Virus record (IMG/VR): IMGVR_UViG_3300048578_000058
Location: 1-31,102 of that record
DNA from: a virus
Taxonomy: Duplodnaviria > Caudoviricetes
DNA length: 31,102 nucleotides
Direction: 5' to 3' (one strand)
Position 1 is the stretch's first letter; the number at the start of each line of letters is the position of its first letter. Under the pieces are notes generated by a model. That model made no database searches. It saw only the letters and a list, made by a program, of their open reading frames with translations, and was not told where the DNA came from. A program made the translations under genes and the position numbers. This document shows, in pieces, positions 1 through 8,016 of this stretch.

Positions 1-621
1 AAGGTCGCAAGCCAGAAGGCGACTAAGACCTACGCCGACACGATGCTCCCGAAGGCCGGCGGGACGATGACCGGAGCGCTGCAGCTTCCCAACTCGTCGG
101 GGACGACCACGTACCTGCGCCACGGCAGCAGTCAGACCGGGTGGTTCGGGTCACACTCGGCGTCGCCCAAGGTGATCGGAGCGAAGCTCGGCAACGTCTC
201 GGCGTTCGAGATGCAGCTCTACGCCGCGGGTTCTGGGGCAGCGAGGTTCCAGAACCTCGCGCTGCGAGCGGATGGCGGGTTCTCCAGCGGCGTCGAGGAG
301 CTGTTCGACCTCGACTTCATCTACGTCTCTCAGGGCGGCAAGAAGATCGTTGACGCAAGCGGCGGCGCGGTCGGCCTGACGCTCGGAGACGATGCCACAG
401 ACCCGACGTTTCTGGACTACTTCGAAGGCGCGGAGCTCGTCATCCTCGACTTCGCCTACGCCGCATCGGCGAACAACATCACCGTCGACAACGGTGGCGG
501 TTCCCCGATCGGCGACGCCTACACCCAGGCGGTGATCGACACGGACGGCGGATACCTGACTCTGTGCGCGATGGACTCCTACTGGAAAATCCGCGACTAC
601 CGGGGGGTCACGTTCTCGTGA
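1..621 (+). CDS. Tail/head fibre-like virion protein, C-terminal part (5' end lies outside the window)
   Basis: Frame 1 is open from base 1 (KVASQKATKTYADT-MLPKAGGTMTGAL...). The xQKAxKTYxD and LPKAGGTMTGAL motifs are typical of phage fibre proteins. Stop TGA at 619-621. Confidence 0.6.
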   Translation, partial: KVASQKATKTYADTMLPKAGGTMTGALQLPNSSGTTTYLRHGSSQTGWFGSHSASPKVIGAKLGNVSAFEMQLYAAGSGAARFQNLALRADGGFSSGVEELFDLDFIYVSQGGKKIVDASGGAVGLTLGDDATDPTFLDYFEGAELVILDFAYAASANNITVDNGGGSPIGDAYTQAVIDTDGGYLTLCAMDSYWKIRDYRGVTFS

Positions 622-902
622 GCGATCTGATGACCATCGACGAAAACGAAGCAGCACTCGCCCGATTGGCCGAGATCGAGAGCATGATCGTCCGCACCCG
701 GCTCGGCAACCGGTCCAACAAGGCCGACTGGATCGCCCGGCTCGAGCAGCGCAAGGCCGATCTGCTCGAGCAGTACCCGGACCTCAAGATCCCCGCGCCG
801 CCCACCGAGGATGAGCGCATCGAGGCCGCGGCGCAGGAGCTCGCCGTGCAGATGAAGGTGCAGCAGCGGGCGCAGGAGATCCTCGCCGCACAGGACTCGT
901 GA
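618..902 (+). CDS. Hypothetical 94-aa helical protein, possibly a fibre assembly chaperone
   Basis: GTG at 618 overlaps the upstream stop (GTGA). Product MSDLMTIDENEAALARLAEIE...ILAAQDS is rich in A/E/Q/R. Function inferred from position only. Confidence 0.65.
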   Translation: MSDLMTIDENEAALARLAEIESMIVRTRLGNRSNKADWIARLEQRKADLLEQYPDLKIPAPPTEDERIEAAAQELAVQMKVQQRAQEILAAQDS

Positions 903-1093
903 GCGCTGAACTTTCAGGTCGGCTCGGCAGGGCGCGTTTCCTGCGGCTGGGGTTCTTCAGGCGCGCCGTTCTCGCTCCAGCTGGCTCAATGAGATGCGTT
1001 GCGCGGACTGATCTACGAATCGGCGCGACGCCGTCCTGGACGCCTCGGGCAAACGGGAAACCCACCAGCAAGATTCTTTCGACCGGGAGGTGA
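899..1093 (+). CDS. Small basic 64-aa hypothetical protein with RLG motifs
   Basis: GTGA overlap at 899-902; fills the gap to the next gene (TTG at 1097) exactly. Confidence 0.5.
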   Translation: MSAELSGRLGRARFLRLGFFRRAVLAPAGSMRCVARTDLRIGATPSWTPRANGKPTSKILSTGR

Positions 1094-1096
1094 GAG

Positions 1097-3874
1097 TTGG
1101 CGCTGCGAAACGCAAAGTCACGCGCGGCCGAAGCGACGCTCACCGCGGCGATAGACGACTCCACGACGACGATCCCTTGCAGCCCTGCGAACCTGGCGGC
1201 CGGCGACTACCTGAACATCGGCGACGAGCTGATGGGTCCGATCACGTCTCTCGGCGGATCGTCGGTGACCGTGACGGCTCGCGGTGTGGGAGCCTCCGAT
1301 CCGGCAGAGCATGGCCTCGGAGCGAAGATCTACGTGGTGCTCGCGGCCGAGCAGGTCCCGACTGTCGATCAGGTTGCGAGCTTCAACGCCGCCTCCCCCG
1401 CACTATCGGGGAGTAATGCGGTTGTGTCGGAAGGGACGCTCGGATTTCTGAATGTGCGCTCCGACGACTATGGGGCGACGGGTGACGGGACGACCGACGA
1501 TGTGGCCGCCATCAATTCAGCGATAGCGGCGGCGAGTTCGCTTGCCTCGTCGCTCGGGCTTCGGCAGGTGACGGTCGGCGGATTCGGGCGAGCCACGTAC
1601 TGCATCAAGGGCAGCATCCTCGCAAAGCCGAATGTGCGCCTTGAACTTGGCGAAGCGAAGATCCTCCTCGGCAAAGACCTCTCGGGATCGGCCACCGAGA
1701 CGGGGATGGTGTTCACGCATCAGGTTTCAAATGCGGCGGCGAACATCGGGACGGCGGACCTGACCAGCGGGTCTTACGTCCTCACCAACGTTTCGCAGAT
1801 TGAGAGCTTCTACCCAGAGCAGCGGCTTGGCACCGTCACGGGAATCCCCGCCGACACCAAGGTCAAGGCGGTGGACGTCGCCAACAACAAGGTCATTCTC
1901 GACGCGGCCTGTACGGGGTCGGCCACGGGCCGCACAATCCAGAAAGCCGCCACCTATTACGGCAACTATTCAGACTTCTCGATCATCGGCGGAGAGTTCG
2001 ACCCCAACGGGTACAGCACGTACTCCACGATCCTGCGCCTGATCTACACCGAGAACCTCGTCCTTGACGGCGTGAGGGTCAACCACAACCTACCGTCCGG
2101 CCATGAGTCCTGGGCCTTCGGCATCGGCGGCAGGAACTTCCTGCTGACCAACTGCAAGGTGTTCGATGGAGATGCGGTCTACGAAGACGGCATCCATGTA
2201 ATGCACGGGCAGGGCGGTCGGATCGTCAAGCCGTACATCGAATCCGGCGACGATGCGCTGGCGTTCGGCGGGGAGCCATCGGACACGGTTCTCGCCGCCG
2301 ACCCCGACCCCGTTCGCAACATCACCGTCACGGCACCCGTGGTCAAGTCCCAGCGCGCTCACGCCCTGCGTTGCTACGTGCAGTCGGGGCAGACGGGCCG
2401 CGATTGGGAGGTCACCGACATCACGGTTGACGGGATGGTTGGTTCGGCGGGCATCCTGCGCAACGGCGGAATCTCGATCGAGGACAACAACGCCGGGGCA
2501 CCGGGCACGACTCAGATCCGCCGCATCAAGGTTCGCGGTTTCAATCTCGATGTGGGCAGCAAGGGCCACGACGATGTGGGCACGCCGGTCGGCATCAACG
2601 TCCTCTCCGCGAGTGATGTTGAGATTGACGGGACCATGAGGATTGCCGAGAAGGAATCCGCATCGACGGGTATGCGGCTCGGGGTTATCCAGACATCTGA
2701 GATCGTCGGCTTCAAGGTGAAATGCCCCGCATTGGCCACGCCGATCGGCGTGGCGATCACCTCATCAAACGGCGTGCGGGTCAAGCACGGGACCGAGCTG
2801 ATCGGGGCGACCTCCGACGTCATCTACATCTCCCACTCCAAAGACTTCGACATCGAAGATGGCGTGGCCCTCCGCAACATCGCAAGCGGCAAGAGCGGGG
2901 TTGTCATCTCGTCCCTGTCGGGAAAGCTCGCCAAGGGTCGCATCGGTTCGGTTGTGTTCCAGCAGGCGACATCCGGGGCGACCGGGGTCACCGCCGCCCC
3001 CGGAAGCCACCGCCGCCTCCTGCTCGACGGATGCGACTTCCGCGAAGTCAGCACCCCAGTCTCATCGACCCTGCTCGACCCGATCACCACGCAGGTGAAC
3101 AACGGCGCAGGCTACACAAGCTCCGATACGGACATTGTTGTAGACGACGGCAGCAAAATGAACTTCGGAGACTTGATCCGCGTCCCGCGCACGGGTGAAG
3201 TGATCCTCGTCGGAAGTGTTTCCAGCAACACGGTCACGGGCGTTCGCGGCAACTCGGCGGGCCTCGCGGCGGCGGCGCTGCTGGACAACGACTACGTGGA
3301 GGTCCGCAACGTCACCGCCATCGGCTGCCGGGGGCTGCGCGATTACCAGCCCCACGGGATGCCGGAGGACATGCTCCCAGGAATCATCGCGTTCCCGCAA
3401 GGCGGCCAGCCCTCCAACAAAACGCTCGTGGCCGGCCAGCGGTACATCGTCCGCTTCGTCCCCAAGCACGACCGCGCGATTCGCTCGATCTGCTTCGGAC
3501 TTCAAACCGCAGCGGGGAGCAACGACAACGTAGATGTGGGAATCTATGATGCGACCGGAACGCTGCTTGTCAGCTCCGGCTCCACGGCTGGCAAGCTCAA
3601 CGGTTCGACCGGAACGCAATCGGTGGCGATCACGGAAACCATCGTCCGCGCCAAGACCATCTACTACGCCGCCCTCCAATCGCTCACGCAGGGCAGCACC
3701 GCAGCAGTCCTCGCCGGTTTCACGATGGCCTCCGCACAGAACAACCAGATCGCGGGAACTGGCTTCCCACACATTCTCTCTGATGTGGCCAACGGCGGCA
3801 CCGCACTCCCGAACACCTACACGATCGGGACCGTTTCAAGCACGGGCGTCCTGCTCTACCCGCGCGAGTGGTAA
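1097..3874 (+). CDS. Tailspike/depolymerase-like protein with right-handed parallel beta-helix (pectate lyase 3-like), 925 aa
   Basis: RBS GGGAGGT before TTG. Contains NVRSDDYGATGDGTTDDVAAINSAI (pectate_lyase_3 N-terminal motif), EDGIH and SGDDALAF (GH28-like beta-helix motifs) and repeated beta-helix turns. Confidence 0.8.
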   Translation: MALRNAKSRAAEATLTAAIDDSTTTIPCSPANLAAGDYLNIGDELMGPITSLGGSSVTVTARGVGASDPAEHGLGAKIYVVLAAEQVPTVDQVASFNAASPALSGSNAVVSEGTLGFLNVRSDDYGATGDGTTDDVAAINSAIAAASSLASSLGLRQVTVGGFGRATYCIKGSILAKPNVRLELGEAKILLGKDLSGSATETGMVFTHQVSNAAANIGTADLTSGSYVLTNVSQIESFYPEQRLGTVTGIPADTKVKAVDVANNKVILDAACTGSATGRTIQKAATYYGNYSDFSIIGGEFDPNGYSTYSTILRLIYTENLVLDGVRVNHNLPSGHESWAFGIGGRNFLLTNCKVFDGDAVYEDGIHVMHGQGGRIVKPYIESGDDALAFGGEPSDTVLAADPDPVRNITVTAPVVKSQRAHALRCYVQSGQTGRDWEVTDITVDGMVGSAGILRNGGISIEDNNAGAPGTTQIRRIKVRGFNLDVGSKGHDDVGTPVGINVLSASDVEIDGTMRIAEKESASTGMRLGVIQTSEIVGFKVKCPALATPIGVAITSSNGVRVKHGTELIGATSDVIYISHSKDFDIEDGVALRNIASGKSGVVISSLSGKLAKGRIGSVVFQQATSGATGVTAAPGSHRRLLLDGCDFREVSTPVSSTLLDPITTQVNNGAGYTSSDTDIVVDDGSKMNFGDLIRVPRTGEVILVGSVSSNTVTGVRGNSAGLAAAALLDNDYVEVRNVTAIGCRGLRDYQPHGMPEDMLPGIIAFPQGGQPSNKTLVAGQRYIVRFVPKHDRAIRSICFGLQTAAGSNDNVDVGIYDATGTLLVSSGSTAGKLNGSTGTQSVAITETIVRAKTIYYAALQSLTQGSTAAVLAGFTMASAQNNQIAGTGFPHILSDVANGGTALPNTYTIGTVSSTGVLLYPREW

Positions 3875-3931
3875 CCACCACCTGACCCCCCGGCGAAAGG
3901 ACTCGCCGCTACATGCCTCAAGGGAGGACCG

Positions 3932-4132
3932 ATGTCGCGACTCGGACTCATTCGACTCGGACTCGCCCGGCTTGGCCTCGGCGCTTCAGACGAGGCGACC
4001 GGCGAGTTCTCATGTCGATCGCTGGCGACCCCGAGGGTCGCTGCTCGGCGCACCGTGCGCACGCGCGCCGTTGTTCGTCCGCATGCCGCGGCAACCATTC
4101 AGTGCAAAGCAGGAGCGAATCCCAATGGCTAA
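3932..4132 (+). CDS. Small basic 66-aa protein with N-terminal (RLGLx)3 repeat
   Basis: Strong RBS AGGGAGG before ATG 3932; MSRLGLIRLGLARLGLG; the end overlaps the start of the next gene. Confidence 0.65.
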   Translation: MSRLGLIRLGLARLGLGASDEATGEFSCRSLATPRVAARRTVRTRAVVRPHAAATIQCKAGANPNG

Positions 4133-4427
4133 GACGACCGTTGTCGCAGCGACCACCACACTGACGATGATCGTGGAGGACGTTCGGCTGCGCGACCCCG
4201 AGACCGGGGATCTCTCCGACCTCACCTCAGCAGACTCCGTCGACTTCAAGATCTACGACGCCGATGGCACGCTGGTCGACACGGTGACCGGCAACCAGGA
4301 GGGGTCAGACAACACCTGGAACGCCGACTACGACTTCGACACGGTCGGCGAGTTCACGTGGCAGTGCGTCATCGAGAACGACGGCGTGACGCTGACCACT
4401 CGCGCTGAGCACGTCAGGGTGGTCTAG
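4125..4427 (+). CDS. Acidic 100-aa beta-sandwich protein (BppU-N/Ig-like fibre adaptor-like)
   Basis: RBS AGGAG then ATG 4125 (the ORF track's 3534 start is an upstream extension). DPETGDLSDLT...VDFKIYDADG...DFDTVGEFTWQ pattern resembles BppU-like domains. Confidence 0.6.
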   Translation: MAKTTVVAATTTLTMIVEDVRLRDPETGDLSDLTSADSVDFKIYDADGTLVDTVTGNQEGSDNTWNADYDFDTVGEFTWQCVIENDGVTLTTRAEHVRVV

Positions 4428-4738
4428 TGAGCGAGCGAGCCGTCAAGGTGTGCGCACACGGCGACTGCCCGCACGCGGTCCCGTGTCCAGATCATCCGAA
4501 GGTCGCGTTCGAGGGCAGCACAAGGTCCGCGCGTCTCCCGAAGAACTGGCATCGAATCAGGCGACGCATCCTTCGACGGGACATCGTCTGCCAGGTCTGC
4601 CTCAACAGGCCGGCGATCGAGGTGGACCACATCACGCCGGGCGACGACCACTCGCCGGAGAACCTTCAAGGGATCTGCACTGACTGCCACCGGTCCAAGA
4701 CCGCACGCGAGGCCAACGCCGCGAGGAACGCGCGATGA
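4427..4738 (+). CDS. HNH endonuclease, terminase-associated (HK97 gp74-like)
   Basis: WHRIRRRILRRD-CQVC-EVDHI-NLQGICTDCHRSKT motif, N-terminal Cys cluster, located upstream of the terminase genes. Confidence 0.92.
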   Translation: MSERAVKVCAHGDCPHAVPCPDHPKVAFEGSTRSARLPKNWHRIRRRILRRDIVCQVCLNRPAIEVDHITPGDDHSPENLQGICTDCHRSKTAREANAARNAR

Positions 4739-5163
4739 GTCGGCGGCCGAAGCGCAAGGTGCGCCGGCACTTCTACGACTACGTCGGCGAGCTAGCCCGG
4801 CAAATGTGGCTCGGTTCGTGGGAGATCACTCACGAATGGGATGACTTCAAAGGTGACTCGGACTCGGACAGCACGATATGGGCGCTGACCAACCCCCTGC
4901 CTGAGTATCGCCGCGCGAAGATCACATGGAACCCCGTCATTCTTGACGCTTCGCCGCGTGAGACGCGCGACACGGTCGTTCACGAACTGCTGCATCTGCA
5001 CCACGCTCACTTGGACAAGTTCATAGAAGAGTTAATCGCCGGCTACTCGCAGGAAGCGCAGGACATCAACCACGGACGACACCGGAACTTCACCGAGGAA
5101 CACACCGTCGTGATGGAGCGACTGATCGGCGGGTCGATGCCGATGTTCAAACCGCTCAAGTAG
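4735..5163 (+). CDS. Putative zinc metallopeptidase-like protein (HEXXH)
   Basis: ATGA overlap with the HNH gene; RDTVVHELLHLHH and a downstream EE. Confidence 0.65.
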   Translation: MSRRPKRKVRRHFYDYVGELARQMWLGSWEITHEWDDFKGDSDSDSTIWALTNPLPEYRRAKITWNPVILDASPRETRDTVVHELLHLHHAHLDKFIEELIAGYSQEAQDINHGRHRNFTEEHTVVMERLIGGSMPMFKPLK

Positions 5164-5243
5164 GTCATCGCATCAAGCCCGAACCCCACAACCGGTTCGG
5201 CACTAGCTCACGGCCAGCGTTGTAGGCCGGAAAGGTTGAACGC

Positions 5244-5819
5244 ATGGAACTGCAACTACCGTGCGGTCGCGTTGCGCTGATAGATGACGCGGACGCACCG
5301 CTGCTCGCCCATCGCCGATGGGTCTCGCACACCAACGCCACGAAGACGCGGAGCAACGGCAGCAAGCTCTACGTCGTCTCTTACGCAGGGGGCCGAATGG
5401 TCCGCCTGCACCGTCTGCTGATGGACGCGCCGCATGGCGTGCTCGTCGACCACGTCAACGGCGATGGACTCGACAATCGGAGGCGCAATCTCAGGCTCAC
5501 CGATCACTCGGGCAACAGGGCCAACGCTGCCGCATGCGGTGGCCGCTCGCGGTTCCGCGGCGTCACCTGGGATGCCCAGCGGGGCAAGTGGATGGCGAGG
5601 CTCGAGGTCGACGGCCGCCGCTTGTATCTCGGGCGGTTCGATTCGGAGCTCGAAGCGGCTGAGGCGTGGGATGCCACCGCACTCGAGTGCTGGGGCGACA
5701 TGGCCCGTCTCAACCTCGCAGGCCCCGGGGGTATGCCCCCTGAGGGTCCTCGCTTCCAGACCGGGGAGGGCTGCGACTCGCGGTCTGTACGGGTTTTCGA
5801 AAACGGGATGGCGGCATGA
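5244..5819 (+). CDS. HNH endonuclease with AP2 DNA-binding domain (homing endonuclease-like)
   Basis: RBS GAAAGG. LHRLLM...VDHVNGDGLDNRRRNLR (HNH_3) followed by SRFRGVTWD...KWMARL...YLGRFDSELEAAEAWD...LN (AP2). Confidence 0.93.
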   Translation: MELQLPCGRVALIDDADAPLLAHRRWVSHTNATKTRSNGSKLYVVSYAGGRMVRLHRLLMDAPHGVLVDHVNGDGLDNRRRNLRLTDHSGNRANAAACGGRSRFRGVTWDAQRGKWMARLEVDGRRLYLGRFDSELEAAEAWDATALECWGDMARLNLAGPGGMPPEGPRFQTGEGCDSRSVRVFENGMAA

Positions 5820-6379
5820 GCAGGCGTGGACCGCTGCCCGATCCGACCTCGATCCGGCGCAACAAGCCCACTGTCCCCACGACGAATCTTCCCGCCGGCG
5901 GTCGCCAGGACCCTCCGCCAAGCGTGCCGGCCGGCTACGAGTTCTCGGCCGCCGCGGCCGCCTGGTGGGAGTGGGCATGGTCGACGCCACAGGCCGCCGC
6001 TTGGGACGACGGCGCCATCTACGTTGTCGCGCGCCGCGCCCAGCTCGAGGGCGACCTCGCGGCACTCGGTTCGCCGGTTGCCGAGACGGCGGCGACGTTG
6101 GCCGACTTGCTCGGCGTTGACGCGGACGACAGCAAGGGCCGCATCCGCGAGGTCTGCGACATCTTCGCCGGGCTCAAGCGAGCGGCCGGCAATGAAGTTT
6201 CGCTGATGCGCGAGATGCGCGAGCTCGACGGCAAGCTCGGCCTCACGCCGGAGTCACTCGCACGCCTGCGCTGGACGATCGTCTCCGGCGATGACGAGCA
6301 AGCCGCCGCTCCGCCGCAGATGGCGAAGCGCGGCAAGTCACAGACGTCGCGACGCGGACGACTCAGCGTTGTGAAGTAG
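5816..6379 (+). CDS. terS: Terminase small subunit
   Basis: MSRRGPLPDP..RRN N-terminus, WWEWAWSTPQA, EMRELDGKLGLTPESLARLRW motif typical of actinophage TerS; directly upstream of TerL. Confidence 0.85.
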   Translation: MSRRGPLPDPTSIRRNKPTVPTTNLPAGGRQDPPPSVPAGYEFSAAAAAWWEWAWSTPQAAAWDDGAIYVVARRAQLEGDLAALGSPVAETAATLADLLGVDADDSKGRIREVCDIFAGLKRAAGNEVSLMREMRELDGKLGLTPESLARLRWTIVSGDDEQAAAPPQMAKRGKSQTSRRGRLSVVK

Positions 6380-6388
6380 GCGCGCCGG

Positions 6389-8008
6389 ATGGCGCTGCCG
6401 CCGATCGACTTTCCGACCCTTGGATGGCAGGTCGCTGACTGGATCGAGGCGATGCTCTGTCACGGTCCTGGCGACGTCCAGGGCGACCGCCTCGTGCTCT
6501 CGGATGAGCGCGTGCTTTTCCTGTGCTGGGCCTATCGGCTCTTCCCGAAGGGCCACAAGCGAGAGGGCCAGCGCGCAGTTCACCACGCGGTGCTCTCGCG
6601 CGCGAAGGGCTGGGCGAAGTCGGAGTTTGCCGGCGAGATCGCCTGCGCTGAGGCTCTCGGGCCTGTGCGGTTCGACGGATGGGATGCCAACGGCGATCCG
6701 GTCGGTGTCCCGGTCAAGTACCCGTTCATCCGGTGCATGGCGACCGAGGAAGAGCAGTCCGGCAACACGTACGACAACGTCAAGTTCATGCTCGAGGAGG
6801 GCGAGGTAGCCAACTGCTACGCGCTCGACACTCACGCGACGAAGACCTTCATACGCGAGCCCGGCGGCGGTGAGATCGTCCCGTCCACCTCGGGCGATGC
6901 ATCGAAAGACGGCGGAAAAGAATCGTTCGCCGTGGGCGACGAGACGCACCTCTACGTCACCGACCAGTTGCGCCGCATGTACCGAACCGTGGCGCGAAAC
7001 ACCGGAAAGCGTTCCGGCGCCGAGCCGTGGATGTTGGACACGACGACCGCGTGGCAGCCCGGCGAGCGCTCGATCGCTGAGATGACGTTCGACAAGCATG
7101 GCGAGGCCGCCCCCGACGAATCGGTGATCAAGCGCGGCGTGCTCATCGATCACCTGCAGGGGCCGACCCCGAAGATCTTCGGCCGGGACGCCTCGCTCGT
7201 CAAGGCGATCAAGGTCGCCTACGGCGACGAGGCCGGCCGTATGGACTACGACCGGATAGTCAACATCGTCCGCGATGCAGAAGATCCGGAATCCGAGGCC
7301 CACCGATACTTCCTGAATCGTCCGCGAGTCGGCGTGAGCCAGTGGCTCGCCCCGGACGAGATCAAGCCCGTCCTCGGTGAAGTGAATGTGGTCAAAGACC
7401 AGATGGTGACTCTTGGCTTCGACGGGTCGGAGAACGACGACCACACCGCGCTTTTCGGCTGCACGGAGGATGGCGACCTCTTCACGATCGGCGCCTGGAC
7501 GCCGGATGGCGACAGCGTCGATTGGCGTCTCGAGGTCGACGAAACGGTGCGCTGGGCGTTCCACCACTTCAAGGTCCAGCGGTTCTACGGCGACCCGCCG
7601 TATTGGATCGAGGAGATGGCGAAGTGGTCGAAGGAGTTCGGCCGCAAAAAAGTGTTTGAGTTCTGGACCAGCGTCGACGCCAAGATGGGCGTTGCGACGG
7701 GGGCGCTGCGAAGCGCGATACGTCAAAAGCAGATCACGATCGATCCGACGCCGCTGCGCACCGAGCCGCTCGAGCGAAATGGCAAGCCGCTGGTGCAGTG
7801 GCACTTCGAGAACGCTCGCACGCGCAAGGTGAAGATCAAGCTCGATGACAAGGCTCAAGAGGCCTTCATCGTGCGCAAGGAGAAGCCGAGCTCGGACCTG
7901 AAGATCGACTCCGTGCCCGCTGCCGTACTGGCGCGCAGGGCTCGCGACGACGAGATCAAGCTCGGTGGGTTCAAGGTCCGGAAGGCTCCGAAGTTACACA
8001 CGTTCTAG
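6389..8008 (+). CDS. terL: Terminase large subunit
   Basis: Walker A-like SRAKGWAKSE, Walker B FAVGDETH, nuclease LGFDGSENDDHTA and C-terminal KID motif. Confidence 0.96.
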   Translation: MALPPIDFPTLGWQVADWIEAMLCHGPGDVQGDRLVLSDERVLFLCWAYRLFPKGHKREGQRAVHHAVLSRAKGWAKSEFAGEIACAEALGPVRFDGWDANGDPVGVPVKYPFIRCMATEEEQSGNTYDNVKFMLEEGEVANCYALDTHATKTFIREPGGGEIVPSTSGDASKDGGKESFAVGDETHLYVTDQLRRMYRTVARNTGKRSGAEPWMLDTTTAWQPGERSIAEMTFDKHGEAAPDESVIKRGVLIDHLQGPTPKIFGRDASLVKAIKVAYGDEAGRMDYDRIVNIVRDAEDPESEAHRYFLNRPRVGVSQWLAPDEIKPVLGEVNVVKDQMVTLGFDGSENDDHTALFGCTEDGDLFTIGAWTPDGDSVDWRLEVDETVRWAFHHFKVQRFYGDPPYWIEEMAKWSKEFGRKKVFEFWTSVDAKMGVATGALRSAIRQKQITIDPTPLRTEPLERNGKPLVQWHFENARTRKVKIKLDDKAQEAFIVRKEKPSSDLKIDSVPAAVLARRARDDEIKLGGFKVRKAPKLHTF

Positions 8009-8016
8009 GAGGCGCT

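Noticed and set aside
3891-3927. Short hairpins CGGCGA/TCGCCG and CCTC/GAGG, and similar ones at 5178-5230
   Set aside because: Stems of 4-7 bp are expected by chance at this GC content, and there is no U-tract or recognisable RNA family.
3534-4124. Long N-terminal extensions in the ORF track (3534, also 564, 14853, 24584, 27465, 29268 on minus, 30070 on minus)
   Set aside because: They overlap neighbouring genes. Internal starts with an RBS or stop/start overlap (4125, 618, 15180, 24899, 27975, 28818) or just before the HTH domain (29803) fit better.
1-4427. Diversity-generating retroelement or invertase shufflon acting on the fibre genes
   Set aside because: No reverse transcriptase, recombinase, TR/VR pair or inverted crossover repeats were seen in the window.
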